A stretch of 64,000 nt of DNA from positions 1 to 64,000 of the forward strand of contig CAVPQB010000002.1 in assembly GCA_963707505.1 (NCBI GenBank), read 5' to 3'. Positions 9,305 to 20,192 of this stretch are shown here, piece by piece. The notes under the pieces were generated by a model. The model did no database searches, was not told the DNA's origin, and worked only from the letters and a program-made list of their open reading frames with translations. Positions within the stretch are counted from its first letter, which is position 1. Each line of letters begins with the position of its first letter. Position numbers and translations under genes: made by a program. Origin of the DNA: an uncultured Gemmatimonadales bacterium (GTDB lineage: Bacteria; Gemmatimonadota; Gemmatimonadetes; Gemmatimonadales; Gemmatimonadaceae).

Positions 9305-10375
9305 TTACTTCGGGAATATCACCGGAAACACTTCGTCCGTCGTGAAGATGCAGCGATCGTTGTGGCCGCACTCCGGAACGATGATCGCGTTGTGCCTGGC
9401 GCCAAGCGTCTCGTTGACATACTTGAAGAACGCTTCGCCGCGTGCGCGTCGCGTCGGGCCCTGCGCCATCGCGGACGGAGATGAATCGAATCCGCCAAGC
9501 GGCAGTACATCCACCTGGCCCAGCAGGTATGTCGTCGGACGCTCGACCAGCTGCTTCTTCAACTGCTCGTCCGACATCTTTGCAGTGTAGGAGTTGCGGT
9601 TCTCGAGACCGGACGGCCACTGATTGTACGTCGCAACCTTGGTCGAGTCGAACGGGCCATAGGTGAAATCCGTGTTCACCTTCTCTCCATTCGGACCCAG
9701 CGCTTCCTTGTATGCATCGACTGGATCTGCATTGCCCGTGGGCAGCGGCCGCACAGCAGCCGGCCACGCGTAGCTCGACGGATTGGCAACGGCGTAACTC
9801 ATCGTCACGCCCTTGAGCGTTCCGTCGACCTTGTTCGCCATCTCGTACCGCGTCGCGAACTGTCCGCCCGCGGAATGTCCCGTGACGACGATGTGCTTGA
9901 GGTTCGGGAAATTCTTTTTGTTCGCAAGCTTGCGTACGATCTCGTCGACGAAGTCGAATGCGGAGAGGTCTGGATTGGTCGGCGACATGCCACCCGACCT
10001 CCAGCTGTCGCGCCGCTCGGGCCACGTCACTTCGTTCGCCGCCGGCTTGTCGTTGCCGGCGGTGAAATGTGGTGCGATGATGACGGTGTTGTTGAGCGCG
10101 TTGGCGAGAAACCCCGCTGAAGTAGCCGTCTCGAAATAGTGATCCGCATTACGGTTGGCGCCGTGGACCATGATGAGCGCACGCGTCATGGCCGGATTCG
10201 GTTTGTCCAGCGAGTATGTCGAATAGACCATCGACCGGGCGGGGCCGCGGCCAAAGACTATCCATTGTTCGCAAGCCGTAGTGGCGTGCGTGCATGGGGC
10301 GGTGGATTGCGCGTGACTCGCTGCCGGAATAAACGCAAGAGCAGCAGCAGAAACAAAGAGGGAGAATTTTCGCAT
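9305..10375 (-). CDS. Secreted alpha/beta hydrolase
   Basis: Signal peptide MRKFSLF...SHA-Q, HGANRN, nucleophile GHSAGG and C-terminal CGHN. Confidence 0.85.
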   Translation of the reverse strand: MRKFSLFVSAAALAFIPAASHAQSTAPCTHATTACEQWIVFGRGPARSMVYSTYSLDKPNPAMTRALIMVHGANRNADHYFETATSAGFLANALNNTVIIAPHFTAGNDKPAANEVTWPERRDSWRSGGMSPTNPDLSAFDFVDEIVRKLANKKNFPNLKHIVVTGHSAGGQFATRYEMANKVDGTLKGVTMSYAVANPSSYAWPAAVRPLPTGNADPVDAYKEALGPNGEKVNTDFTYGPFDSTKVATYNQWPSGLENRNSYTAKMSDEQLKKQLVERPTTYLLGQVDVLPLGGFDSSPSAMAQGPTRRARGEAFFKYVNETLGARHNAIIVPECGHNDRCIFTTDEVFPVIFPK

Positions 10376-10538
10376 GAGAAACGGTTTCGAGGAAAAGATG
10401 ATCGTGAGGGGATCATCCCGAGGGCCTTCCTGGTGCGCAGAAGAATACGCCCCGACCTCGCGTGTCGTTGAGCCTGTCGGCACGATGCATCACCGATCGG
10501 ACTTCCCCACGCGCACCAGTCGGACGCATATTCGACGC

Positions 10539-12254
10539 ATGACCTCACGGCGTGAATTTGTACAACAGGCGACGTTGTCCGCGCTAGGCCTGACGATGCC
10601 TGTTCCTGATGTGTTGAACACGACGCAGGAGATATCCAGGCCGCAATCGCGCAGCGGCTTCCTGGACCTGCTTCGTATGCCGGATCGCGTGATTGTCCAG
10701 ACTACGACGGGCAATCAATCGCTCAATCAATCGCTCAATCATTACGCGGGGGACAGCTGGAAGAGCGACACCGGTGTCGTGATTACGACATCCACGCGAG
10801 CCAGCGCACTTCACGTAACGCTATCAGCACCGTCGACAGCAATAAAGCGATTGTACATCCGCTGGCACGGCGACATGGCCAACACACGTCTCATCATGGG
10901 GGACGCATGGGAACGCGCATACGGCGATCTCGAGTGGCGTACATGGATCCCCGACCGCGTCATGCCATGGTATTTCGCGACGCATGACGGCACACAAACG
11001 AATACATATGGAGTTCGTACTGGCGCCAATGCATTCTGCTTCTGGCAGATCGACAGACATGGCATCAGCCTTTGCGCGGATGTGAGGAGCGGCGCTCTGG
11101 ACGTGCAGCTCGGTGAGCGCACTCTCGATGTTTGTGACATTGTCTGTCGCGCTGGTCGCGAAGGCGAGTCTGCGTTCGCGGCCGTGCATTCGTTCTGTCG
11201 CCAGATGTGTCCCAACCCGCGACTCCCGTTGCAACCTGTTTATGGAAGCAACGACTGGTACTGGGCGTACGGAAAGAACAGCGCCGATTCGGTGCGCGTC
11301 GATGCCCGACACATCGTCGAGCTGTCACCCGCGGGAAAAAACCGGCCATTCGTCGTGATCGATGATGGATGGCAGCCAGGTCGCGGAAAGGACGAAACCG
11401 GCGTCGGGACATGGGATCGCGGAAATGAAAAATTCCCGGACATGCCAGCCCTCACTGCCGACATCAGAAACATCGGAGCACGTCCCGGTGCTTGGATTCG
11501 TCCGCTGCAGCCGACGGCGGAGGCTCCGGACAGCTGGCGCCTCGCCCGTGCGCGCACCGTGCTCGACCCAACCGTACCGGAAGTTCGCCAGAAGATCACT
11601 GAAGACATCACACGGTTGCGCGAATGGGGCTTCGAGCTGATCAAGCACGACTACACGACCTTCGACATCTTCGGTCGCTGGGGCTTCCAGATGGACACCG
11701 AGCTCACGCGCGGAGAATGGGCGTTTGCATCCGGTACGAGAAGGACGACGGCGGAAGTGATAAATGAGCTCTACGTATCCATCCGTGCTGCTGCTGGCGA
11801 GAGCCTCGTCATCGGATGCAATACGGTGAGCCACCTGTCGGCTGGACACTTCGAGCTGTGCAGGATCGGCGACGATACCAGTGGCACCGACTGGGCACGC
11901 ACGAGGAAGATGGGCGTGAACTCGCTCGCCTTTCGCGGTGCTCAACATGATGCGTTCTACGCCGCGGACGCCGATTGCGTCGGCGTGACGAACGACATTC
12001 CGTGGACGTTCAATCGACAGTGGCTCGACCTGCTCGCCCGAAGCGGCACGACGCTCTTCGTATCGCTCGCGCCGGATGCACTCGGCGCGCAGCAGCGCGC
12101 GGATCTCCGCAATGCGCTCGCACTCGCCGCAACACGCCAGTCGCTAGGTGAGCCGCTCGATTGGCAGCGTACCGTGTATCCCGAAGACTGGAGGCTAGGG
12201 AACGACGAACGCAGTTTTGACTGGGTAAGCGCCGACGGCGTCGGTATGCCGTGA
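10539..12254 (+). CDS. Tat-exported glycoside hydrolase, alpha-galactosidase-like (clan GH-D, GH27/GH36)
   Basis: Twin-arginine SRREFV, VIDDGWQ, IKHDY nucleophile motif and CRIGDDTSG. Confidence 0.8.
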   Translation: MTSRREFVQQATLSALGLTMPVPDVLNTTQEISRPQSRSGFLDLLRMPDRVIVQTTTGNQSLNQSLNHYAGDSWKSDTGVVITTSTRASALHVTLSAPSTAIKRLYIRWHGDMANTRLIMGDAWERAYGDLEWRTWIPDRVMPWYFATHDGTQTNTYGVRTGANAFCFWQIDRHGISLCADVRSGALDVQLGERTLDVCDIVCRAGREGESAFAAVHSFCRQMCPNPRLPLQPVYGSNDWYWAYGKNSADSVRVDARHIVELSPAGKNRPFVVIDDGWQPGRGKDETGVGTWDRGNEKFPDMPALTADIRNIGARPGAWIRPLQPTAEAPDSWRLARARTVLDPTVPEVRQKITEDITRLREWGFELIKHDYTTFDIFGRWGFQMDTELTRGEWAFASGTRRTTAEVINELYVSIRAAAGESLVIGCNTVSHLSAGHFELCRIGDDTSGTDWARTRKMGVNSLAFRGAQHDAFYAADADCVGVTNDIPWTFNRQWLDLLARSGTTLFVSLAPDALGAQQRADLRNALALAATRQSLGEPLDWQRTVYPEDWRLGNDERSFDWVSADGVGMP

Positions 12255-12288
12255 TCGGCGCCTGGGCAACGCCAACGTCTCTAACGAA

Positions 12289-13383
12289 CTAACGCGCGAT
12301 CGGCGGCCCGAACCACACGCTCGCAGCAATTATGAGATACAACCCGATCAACGCGGCGCCTTCCACATAGTTCGACTCGCCGTCGAAGATGATCATCGCA
12401 CCCAGAATCGCCGCCAGACCGAGCGCCGCGATGAGGAGCGTGGGAGCGACAAGTGTGAGCACGGGTCCGCCGATCACCGTGCTGATGAGCACCAGCACGG
12501 GGATTAGCAGCAGCGCGACCTGAAGGCTGCTGTTCAGGATCAGGCTCACAGCGAGGTCGGCCTCGTTGCGTGCCGCCGCTGTGATGCCGACCACGTTCTC
12601 TACAGCATTGCCGGCGATCGCCACGATCACGAGTCCTACAAATTCCTCCGAAAGCCCCAGAGTCGCCATCGCGGGTGTCAGAGCGGCCACGAACCAATCG
12701 GATACCAGCGCGGCGCCGAGGCCAGCTACACCAAGCACGACGACCGAAGCACTTAGTGGCCAATGCTGCCCTTTGGCGCCATGATGTTCGCGTGATGGCC
12801 CGATACTGCCTTGAATTGCCATCGGAATACTGCAAACGAAAACGATTAGCAACACAACCGCCACTACCACACTCAGATGGCCTGCGTGGCCAAAATCAGG
12901 TGCGCCCGGCTTGGTCGCCAGCGTGGGAATGGCCAGCGACGCAACCGAAAGCACCAGCAGCATGGCGGTCATGCGAGTCGTGCCGGCGTTGAAACGCTGC
13001 GCTCCGTGACGCACGCCCCCAACCACGAACGCCAACCCAAGCACGAGCAGGCTGTTGGCGAGGATGGAGCCGATCAGCGCAGTCTGCACCACTATCACGA
13101 GCCCCGCCCGCAGTGCAAAGATGCTGATGAAGAGCTCCGGCAGATTTCCGAGTGCCGACTGGACCACGCCGGTCGCTCCCGGTCCGAGCCGCGTTCCAAG
13201 CTGCTCCGTTGCAACGCCCACCACCGACGCCAGGCTCGCAAGCGCGATTGCCGTCATGATGAAGATGGCTATTTGATTGATGCCGGCGAGCCTGAGCACC
13301 GCGCTGGCAAGGGTCGCCACGATCGCAACCGACCCGAGAATGAGTGCCTTCCGGCCCGCGGTGTCGATGATCTGTGCAAGCAT
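12289..13383 (-). CDS. Calcium/proton antiporter (CaCA, ChaA/CAX type)
   Basis: Two alpha repeats, GNLPE and GNAVE, plus LIGSILANSLL. Confidence 0.9.
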   Translation of the reverse strand: MLAQIIDTAGRKALILGSVAIVATLASAVLRLAGINQIAIFIMTAIALASLASVVGVATEQLGTRLGPGATGVVQSALGNLPELFISIFALRAGLVIVVQTALIGSILANSLLVLGLAFVVGGVRHGAQRFNAGTTRMTAMLLVLSVASLAIPTLATKPGAPDFGHAGHLSVVVAVVLLIVFVCSIPMAIQGSIGPSREHHGAKGQHWPLSASVVVLGVAGLGAALVSDWFVAALTPAMATLGLSEEFVGLVIVAIAGNAVENVVGITAAARNEADLAVSLILNSSLQVALLLIPVLVLISTVIGGPVLTLVAPTLLIAALGLAAILGAMIIFDGESNYVEGAALIGLYLIIAASVWFGPPIAR

Positions 13384-13575
13384 GAATTGCAGGAGTCTGC
13401 CTTCCGTTCGCCGCTGTGTCAAAAAAGCGTGTCGGTACGCGAGCGCACGAGAGCTCATCGACGGAGCTACCCGGAGTCGCAACGCCTTCCAAGTGGCTGG
13501 CGTACATTTGTATGGATGGCCATACTTCTGAACCGGCCACCCTCTTCGTCACAAGCTCAGGTTCCAGATTCCGTG

Positions 13576-14269
13576 ATGTTCATACCACGATGTAAGCACG
13601 CTGCAGCGTCAGTTACTGCCATGGCTCTGGTGGCAGTTTCCATTGGCGCTTCCGTGCAATTGCCTGCGCAAGGCGCGCAGAATGCTTCGGCACACAGTGC
13701 AGCAGCACCCCACGATTACGTCCAGGCCGACGTCGACTTCGTGCAGGGCATGATCATCCATCATGCACAGGCGGTCGTGATGTCCGACTGGGCGGCCACC
13801 CACGGCGCACGGCCCAATCTGCAGATCCTCTGCAAGCGCATCGCTCTGTCGCAGCGCGACGAGATCACGATGATGCAGAGCTGGCTGGAGCAGCGCCATC
13901 TCGCGACGCCGGACCCGCTCGACATGCTGCATCCAACGCACGGCCCGATCCACGACCGGAGCGGAATGAACATGCCGGGCATGGACATGGGTGACCACAT
14001 GATGATGATGACCGGAATGCTCACACCCGCGGAGATGCGTCAGCTCGATTCCGCTCGTGGTCCGACCTTCGATCAGTCTGTATCTCACCGGAATGATCAA
14101 GCATCACCAAGGCGCTCTCGACATGGTCGCCAAACTCTTCGCCACTCCAGGCGCAGGGCAACAGCCGGAGCTCTTCAGCTTCGCCACCGATGTCGATGCC
14201 GGCCAGCGCGCCGAGATGGCGCGAATGGAGGCCATGTTGAACACGCTCACCCCGAGTCAAACGAGATGA
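13576..14269 (+). CDS. DUF305 ferritin-like exported protein (+1 frameshift at ~14077)
   Basis: DVDFVQGMIIHHAQAVVMS and, in the next frame, YLTGMIKHHQGALDM. Met/His-rich linker. Confidence 0.85.
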
Positions 14270-16225
14270 CACAGAAGCAGGAATCCTTTCGTACCCGCGC
14301 GACACTGCGCGACGCTGTTCTGCGCCGTCGCGTCGCTCGCGCTGGCCATGCCAGTGCACGCCCAATCCAACACCAACGACCCGCGAGTCGGCCTCAAGCC
14401 AGGGCTGTACGACGCCGGTGTCGCCGCGAAGGGTCTGACTCTCGTGGCGCACCGCAACAAGCCAGAAGTGTTCAAGCCCAACGCGCCGGGCGGTCTGACC
14501 TACGCGAACTCCGACATGGCGTTCGGCGGCCACTATCTGTACCAGGGAAATTTCAGCGGCTTCCAGATCTGGGACATCGCCAACCCGCTCCAGCCCAAAA
14601 TCACTCAGGCGTACTCCTGCTTCACCGAGCAGGGCGACGTTTCCATCTACGGCCACCTTCTCTTCGTCTCGGCGGAGAATACGGGGAACCGACTGGATTG
14701 TGGAAGCCAGGGGATCAAGGACAGCGTGAGCAAGGAGCGGATGCTCGGCATTCGCATCTTCGACATCGCTGACCCGATGCATCCCAAGCAGGTTGCCGAC
14801 GTTCAGACATGCCGCGGCTCGCACACGCACACTCTCGTGCCGGATCCGATCGACAAGTCGGTCGTTTACGTGTACGTGTCCGGACTTGCGCGCGTGCGAT
14901 CCAAGACAGAGATGCCAAGCTGCGAGAATGGCGGCGTCGACGATCCGAACAGCGCGCTGTTCCGTCTCGAAGTGATTCGAGTTCCGCTCGCGCATCCGGA
15001 GCAGTCCAAGATCGTCAGCACCGCTCGCATCTTCAACGACCTCACCGCTCCTCCGACGCACGGCGTTGCGTACGCTGACACTGCCAACGGCGCCGCGGTG
15101 AAGGCGGCACGTGGCTTCCTCGGACGGCTCGGGCTTCCGGCGACGGCGACCGCTGCAGATTCGGATCACGCTGCGCAGCTGCTGGTGGAGATCCAGGAGC
15201 ATCGCGACGACACCACACGCACTCGCGGTGCAATCGACTCGCTGGAGAAGTTGGGTGTACACGTCCGCGGAATGATGGGTGGCGGCCAGGCACGCGGTGG
15301 CCCGTCACAGTGCCATGACATCACGGTGTATCCGAGTGCCGGGCTTGCTGCTGGCGCGTGCTCGGGATACGGACTCCTGCTCGACATCAAGGATCCGACG
15401 CATCCGGTCCGCATCCAGGCCGTTGCAGATTCCAACTTCTCGTTCTGGCACTCGGCGACCTTCAACAACGACGCCACGAGCCTGCTCTTCACGGACGAAT
15501 GGGGCGGCGGTACGCAGCCCAAGTGCCGCGCAACCGATCCGATCGACTGGGGTGCGGACGCGATCTTCACGCTCCGCAACCGGAAGCTCAATCACGTCGG
15601 TTACTTCAAGATGCCGGCCGCCCAGACTGCGACCGAGAACTGTGTTGCGCACAACGGTGGACTGATCCCGGTGCCGGGCCGCGACATCATGGTGCAGGGA
15701 TGGTACCAGGGTGGCGTGTCTGTCTTCGACTTCACCGATCCTGCGCATCCGAAGGAGATTGCGTACTTCGATCGCGGACCGATCGACGCGTCGAAGTTGG
15801 TCATCGGCGGCTACTGGGCTGGCTACTACTACAACGGCTACATCTACGGCTCGGAGATCGCACGCGGACTCGACGTGTTCAAGCTGACGCCGACCGCCGA
15901 CCTCACGCAGAACGAGATCGACGCCGCGAACCTCGTGCGGTTCGATCGCTTGAACCCGCAGAGTCAGCCCAAGCTCGTGTGGCCTGCTGCATTCGCTGTC
16001 GCCCGCGCATACGTCGATCAGCTCGCGCGTGACAACGGACTACCGGCAGCGCGCACGACGGCAATCATGACGGCGCTGAAGAGCGCTGAGCAGATGAGCG
16101 GTGCGAAGCGCGCTGCTGCGCTGAAGACGCTCGCTGGAGAGCTCGATCACGATGCATCCGGCGCGAGCGATGCAACACGCGTCCATGCACTCGCCACAGT
16201 GGTCAAGCAACTGGAAACCAAGTAG
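14266..16225 (+). CDS. Secreted LVIVD-repeat beta-propeller protein (probable +1 frameshift at ~14300)
   Basis: ANSDMAF, QGDVSIYG, CRGSHTHT, CHDITV, ENCVAHNG and WYQGG motifs. The ATGA at 14266 couples to the DUF305 stop, and a signal-peptide core ATLFCAVASLALAMPVHAQ lies in the main frame. Confidence 0.85.
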
Positions 16226-16263
16226 CTGCACACTCGGCCAGAAGTTGGTCGACTATGATCTGA

Positions 16264-16293
16264 AAACGGGCGCGCCGAAAGGCGCGCCCGTTT
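16264..16293. terminator. Rho-independent terminator-like hairpin
   Basis: 13-bp stem aaacgggcgcgcc / ggcgcgcccgttt with a GAAA loop. Confidence 0.8.
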
Positions 16294-16377
16294 GCGTTCG
16301 TATATTCCACACAGCGCAGTGACTCACGGCAATTCTCAGAACAGCTGTTCCACCACTGTCTAACTTTTTGCCCATCA

Positions 16378-16962
16378 ATGGCCAATCTCATACGTCTCGC
16401 CGTACCGTCAGACGGTCCAGCACTGGCCGAGATCTATCGCCCTGCAGTAACGGATTCGGCAACCTCCTTCGAGCTCGTACCGCCGGATGGAGAGACGATG
16501 ACCGAGCGCGTTGCGCACATCATGGGGCGCACGCCGTGGTTGGTGTTCGAGCGCGACGGCATTGTCCTCGGATATGCATACGCGGGCATTCATCGTGAGC
16601 GTCCCGCGTATCAATGGTCGGTTGAAGTGTCGGCGTACGTGCATCGCGACGCGCAGCGGCTGGGTGTGGCTCGCGCGCTCTACACTTCCCTTTTCGCGGC
16701 GCTCGTCGTGCAGGGATTTCGCAACGCCTACGCTGGTATCACACTTCCGAACGAGGCGAGCGTCGGCTTCCACACCGCAATGGGTTTTACGCCAGTGGGA
16801 GTCTATCGCGGCATCGGATACAAATACGGAAACTGGCACGACGTCGCATGGTTCGAGCGGGGTCTCGCGCCGCGCGATGAATCGCCGCAACCACCTCACC
16901 TACTTCCCGAATGCTTGAATGACGCGATGTTTCTGACCGCGATCGGCCATCAACGCACGTAG
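16378..16962 (+). CDS. GNAT acetyltransferase, phosphinothricin/arsinothricin acetyltransferase-like
   Basis: ATSFE, RPAYQWSVEVSAYV, AGITLPNEASVGFH and GYKYGNWHDV motifs. Confidence 0.9.
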   Translation: MANLIRLAVPSDGPALAEIYRPAVTDSATSFELVPPDGETMTERVAHIMGRTPWLVFERDGIVLGYAYAGIHRERPAYQWSVEVSAYVHRDAQRLGVARALYTSLFAALVVQGFRNAYAGITLPNEASVGFHTAMGFTPVGVYRGIGYKYGNWHDVAWFERGLAPRDESPQPPHLLPECLNDAMFLTAIGHQRT

Positions 16963-17429
16963 AATGGCGGCGGCTCTATCCCCAGTGAGCGAAGGTAGAC
17001 GTAACCCTGCCCACGATGGTGAATCTCATTGTCGATAGCGTACAGAAACATCGCGTAGCCAGGCATGGTCCACTGGCCGAAGGCGGTATCGACTTCCTGA
17101 AAACGGTGCGGCGGAATGTCAGGCCACATCCGATCGATATCAGCCGTCGCGTTATCCCAGAGCCCCAGCAGCTCAGCCTTGGTAGTCGCATCCGGCGGAT
17201 CGTACGACGTCCATTCGCCCGTGATCTCGCCGCGCAGAATGGGAACTGCCATCTTGATCACCTCCATTGCGAGCGCCGAGAAAGGCCGCATTCCACCAAT
17301 GGAGTATTTAAACAGTGACTCCTCGGGAAACGCGTCGATCATGCGACGCGTGAGCCTGCGGTGTCCCTGCCAGTCTTCCAGAAGCTGTTCCGGTGTTATT
17401 ACTACGTTACCGCTGGGCGATGATGACAT
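16950..17429 (-). CDS. DinB-family protein
   Basis: DNEIHHRGQGYVYLRSLGIEPP. Confidence 0.9.
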   Translation of the reverse strand: MSSSPSGNVVITPEQLLEDWQGHRRLTRRMIDAFPEESLFKYSIGGMRPFSALAMEVIKMAVPILRGEITGEWTSYDPPDATTKAELLGLWDNATADIDRMWPDIPPHRFQEVDTAFGQWTMPGYAMFLYAIDNEIHHRGQGYVYLRSLGIEPPPFYVR

Positions 17430-17504
17430 GGTAAGCTCGCGCTGAGGGAAAGTGGATGATTCAGTAAATTAGGCGCGCGGATTCCGCGATGCCATCCACC
17501 CCGA

Positions 17505-18410
17505 TCACACGGCGACGGCGCGACGCCTGTTCACGACGTAGATGCCCGTGAGCACCAGCGCTCCACCGATTATCTGGCTCGCGCTCAGCGGCTCGCCGAG
17601 CAACGGGATTGCCAGCACGGCGGTCAACGGAGCCTGGCCGAGCAACCCGACAGATGTAACGGTAGCGGGGAGGTGGCCAAGCGCATAAGTGATTGCGAGG
17701 TATCCGCCAACCTGCGACACGACTCCGAGACCGATCAGCGACAGCCACGCATGCGTCGAATATCCTGATAACGGCACGCGCAACAATACGCAGAGGACGA
17801 ATAGCAAGACGCTGCTCGCCGCCACGGCAAGTGTTGTGAGAGTCAACGTATCGATCTCCGATCGAACCCTGCCGATCGTGAGCAGATACGCGGCGAAGAA
17901 CACCGAAGCTGTGATGGCCATGACGTCGCCTGACCCGAACGCCGCCGGTGTCAACGCATCACTGCCGACAATACATGCGCTACCGATCAGTGCGAGCGCC
18001 AGTCCGATCCAGAAGATCGCCGCCGGTCGCTTGCGAAAAATCATCCAGCTGCCAAGTCCAACCATGATCGGTGCATTGTTGCCGAGTAGCGTGGCATTGG
18101 CGGCTGACGTACTCATCACGGCCGAATTGAAGAGCGCGAGATCGACGGCGAAGAACACACCCGCAAGGACACCCAGCATTGCGGGACGGACAGCCAGCGC
18201 CCGTCGTCGTCCACGCAATAACCAGGCTGGTACGAGCACGATCGTAGCGACGAGTGCCCGATAAAATGCGGATGCGGGTCCAGACACTCCGGCCCATCTG
18301 ACAAATAGTGCCGACCACGCGATGCAGACGACACCGATGCCGAGCGCGAGATACGCCGCCCAACCGCGAGGCGGCGCAGCGACAGTGTCGGCCGTCGAGA
18401 CTGTCGTTAC
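17505..18410 (-). CDS. DMT/EamA-family transporter
   Basis: Two EamA repeats. The frame stays open upstream of GTG 18287 and encodes the first TM helix (WAAYLALGIGVVCIAWSALFVRW). The true start is unclear. Confidence 0.8.
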   Translation of the reverse strand, partial: VTTVSTADTVAAPPRGWAAYLALGIGVVCIAWSALFVRWAGVSGPASAFYRALVATIVLVPAWLLRGRRRALAVRPAMLGVLAGVFFAVDLALFNSAVMSTSAANATLLGNNAPIMVGLGSWMIFRKRPAAIFWIGLALALIGSACIVGSDALTPAAFGSGDVMAITASVFFAAYLLTIGRVRSEIDTLTLTTLAVAASSVLLFVLCVLLRVPLSGYSTHAWLSLIGLGVVSQVGGYLAITYALGHLPATVTSVGLLGQAPLTAVLAIPLLGEPLSASQIIGGALVLTGIYVVNRRRAVAV

Positions 18411-19597
18411 CTCGCTCCGCGCAGTCGCCGCGAAGCCAGCTCCAGCAACAGCGAGATCAGCAGAATACCAAACAGCACACTCGATGGCACCTCGCTCTGG
18501 ATCGGCGACGCTGCATCCGGCGAACCGGTGCGTGCACCCAGCCGGTCCACCATGTCTGCGAGTGGCGCCGGATCACTGGCCGAATCCGCGGCAACAGCGA
18601 CGCGTGGTGCGTATGCAACGGTCGCAACAGCCCGCGCGAGCCACGCACGATGCGCTGCAACCGGGTCTGACACGGAATCGTCGTCGGACATTCGTTGGCG
18701 CCAAAGGTCCTTGTATCCTACGCGGATCACTCGTCCCGCACCAACGCGAGAGGCACGGACGTCACCGTCGGATCGGTGCTCCAGCACAACGGATGTCGCA
18801 CCGGTTGGACCGACCGCACTCGCATCATGCAACGTAATGAGTCCGCCACCACTTCGCACAAACGAGCTCGCGCCTCGCGATACGAGCGCAGCAGTACTGT
18901 CCACGGCAATGACCGCCGCGTAGCGCGACGTGTCGGGAACCACGGGACTGCCTTCGCGCACATCCACACCGGGCGCGACGTGAGTCACGGCATCGACGTT
19001 CCATCCACGCTCGGCTAGCGCAGCGATGGTGAATTTAGTCTCCCAACTGGCTGCACCTTCGACGAGCAGCCGCTTGAGGACAGTCGTGTCGGGAGCGGTG
19101 GCCCATGCATGCGAGCCGCTAACCGATACTCCAGCATGATTGATGGCGCCGGGTATCTCCACTCTGATTCCGTCACCGCCTGCCTTCACGCTATCCAGCA
19201 CGCCAACTGCATCTCTCAGCACTATCACGCTATCCCGTGGCGCAGACGCGGATAACTCGTAGACACTCCATGGATCGACCATGCGTGTGAGTGTGAGCGC
19301 GAGCGGAGTTATCCGTGCCGAATTCCATGTGAGGTTCGTGCCGGCACGCTCGATCGCCGCGAGCCAGTCGCGCTGATCGCGTGGCAGTACCGAATCGAGC
19401 GCAAGATGCAGTCGTGCCGGCCCGGCAATGCTCCATCTCGGTAACGATGCTGCGATGCTGCCCTGCCCCGCACTCTCCGTATGCCCCGCTCGTGATGACG
19501 GCGCCCACGCGCGCATGAGAATCACGACCAGCAATGCAAGACTGATCACGCGGAGGGCCCACTCCCCGACGCGGCGCGCGCTAACGGGTGAGGGCAT
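18407..19597 (-). CDS. Membrane-anchored hypothetical protein of the MoxR operon
   Basis: N- and C-terminal TM helices. WETKF and FVRSGGGLI resemble the class I glutamine-amidotransferase-like domains seen in such operons. Confidence 0.65.
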   Translation of the reverse strand: MPSPVSARRVGEWALRVISLALLVVILMRAWAPSSRAGHTESAGQGSIAASLPRWSIAGPARLHLALDSVLPRDQRDWLAAIERAGTNLTWNSARITPLALTLTRMVDPWSVYELSASAPRDSVIVLRDAVGVLDSVKAGGDGIRVEIPGAINHAGVSVSGSHAWATAPDTTVLKRLLVEGAASWETKFTIAALAERGWNVDAVTHVAPGVDVREGSPVVPDTSRYAAVIAVDSTAALVSRGASSFVRSGGGLITLHDASAVGPTGATSVVLEHRSDGDVRASRVGAGRVIRVGYKDLWRQRMSDDDSVSDPVAAHRAWLARAVATVAYAPRVAVAADSASDPAPLADMVDRLGARTGSPDAASPIQSEVPSSVLFGILLISLLLELASRRLRGAR

Positions 19598-20192
19598 ACA
19601 CGATGATATTGACGCCGAACCTGGTATTGTCGACAGCGTTGAAACGCTTGCTCTCAGGATGGTAATTCCATTCGGAGCTGTAATCCTTGCTGCTGTACAG
19701 AAGCGCGATACGGCCGTCGTGCATCACACCCTGAAGACTCTTGTGCACGAGGTTGTCGCCCCAGCCATTCAGCTCCTGGCTCGTCGTGGGTGGCCCATCC
19801 GCGAACTTGAAAAAGGAGTGGTACAGCTCGTGGTCGTTGGGAATATCGACCGGCTTCGAGAGGGCAATCGTTATCTCCTCCATCGCGGTTTTGTGAAACA
19901 CTCCGTCGATATCGTGGTTATGGTCATCCACGAAAATCATACCGCCGCGATCGGTCAACTTTCTGATATTGCGGCGCTCGGCTGCCGAGAAGCGTACCGG
20001 TAGATGACCGGTGATGTAGACGAGCGGGTGATCCAGAATCGCATCCGATGCGAGCGCGACGTTCACACCGCTTGGTGCAACCGCAATGCTCGTGTACTGG
20101 GCGACCGAGTCGATGAGATTGGCCGGAACGAGTGGCGCCGAGTCCCAGTCACCCGAGTCGTACTGACCAGTGCAGAAGACGAATCTCGTCAT
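19581..20192 (-). CDS. DUF4159 domain protein
   Basis: YDSGDWD, YITGH, GGMIFVDD and FGVNIIVYALT. ATGA overlap with the upstream gene. Confidence 0.85.
   Translation of the reverse strand: MTRFVFCTGQYDSGDWDSAPLVPANLIDSVAQYTSIAVAPSGVNVALASDAILDHPLVYITGHLPVRFSAAERRNIRKLTDRGGMIFVDDHNHDIDGVFHKTAMEEITIALSKPVDIPNDHELYHSFFKFADGPPTTSQELNGWGDNLVHKSLQGVMHDGRIALLYSSKDYSSEWNYHPESKRFNAVDNTRFGVNIIVYALTR

Noticed and set aside
10712..10742. 12-bp tandem repeat (NQSL NQSL). Similar short in-frame repeats occur at 4028-4053 and 25310-25356.
   Set aside because: Two to three copies only, consistent with local slippage. There is no array or spacer structure.
12877..14772. 631-aa ORF in the supplied track
   Set aside because: Artefactual chimera of antisense antiporter sequence, the real DUF305 N-half and out-of-frame LVIVD sequence.
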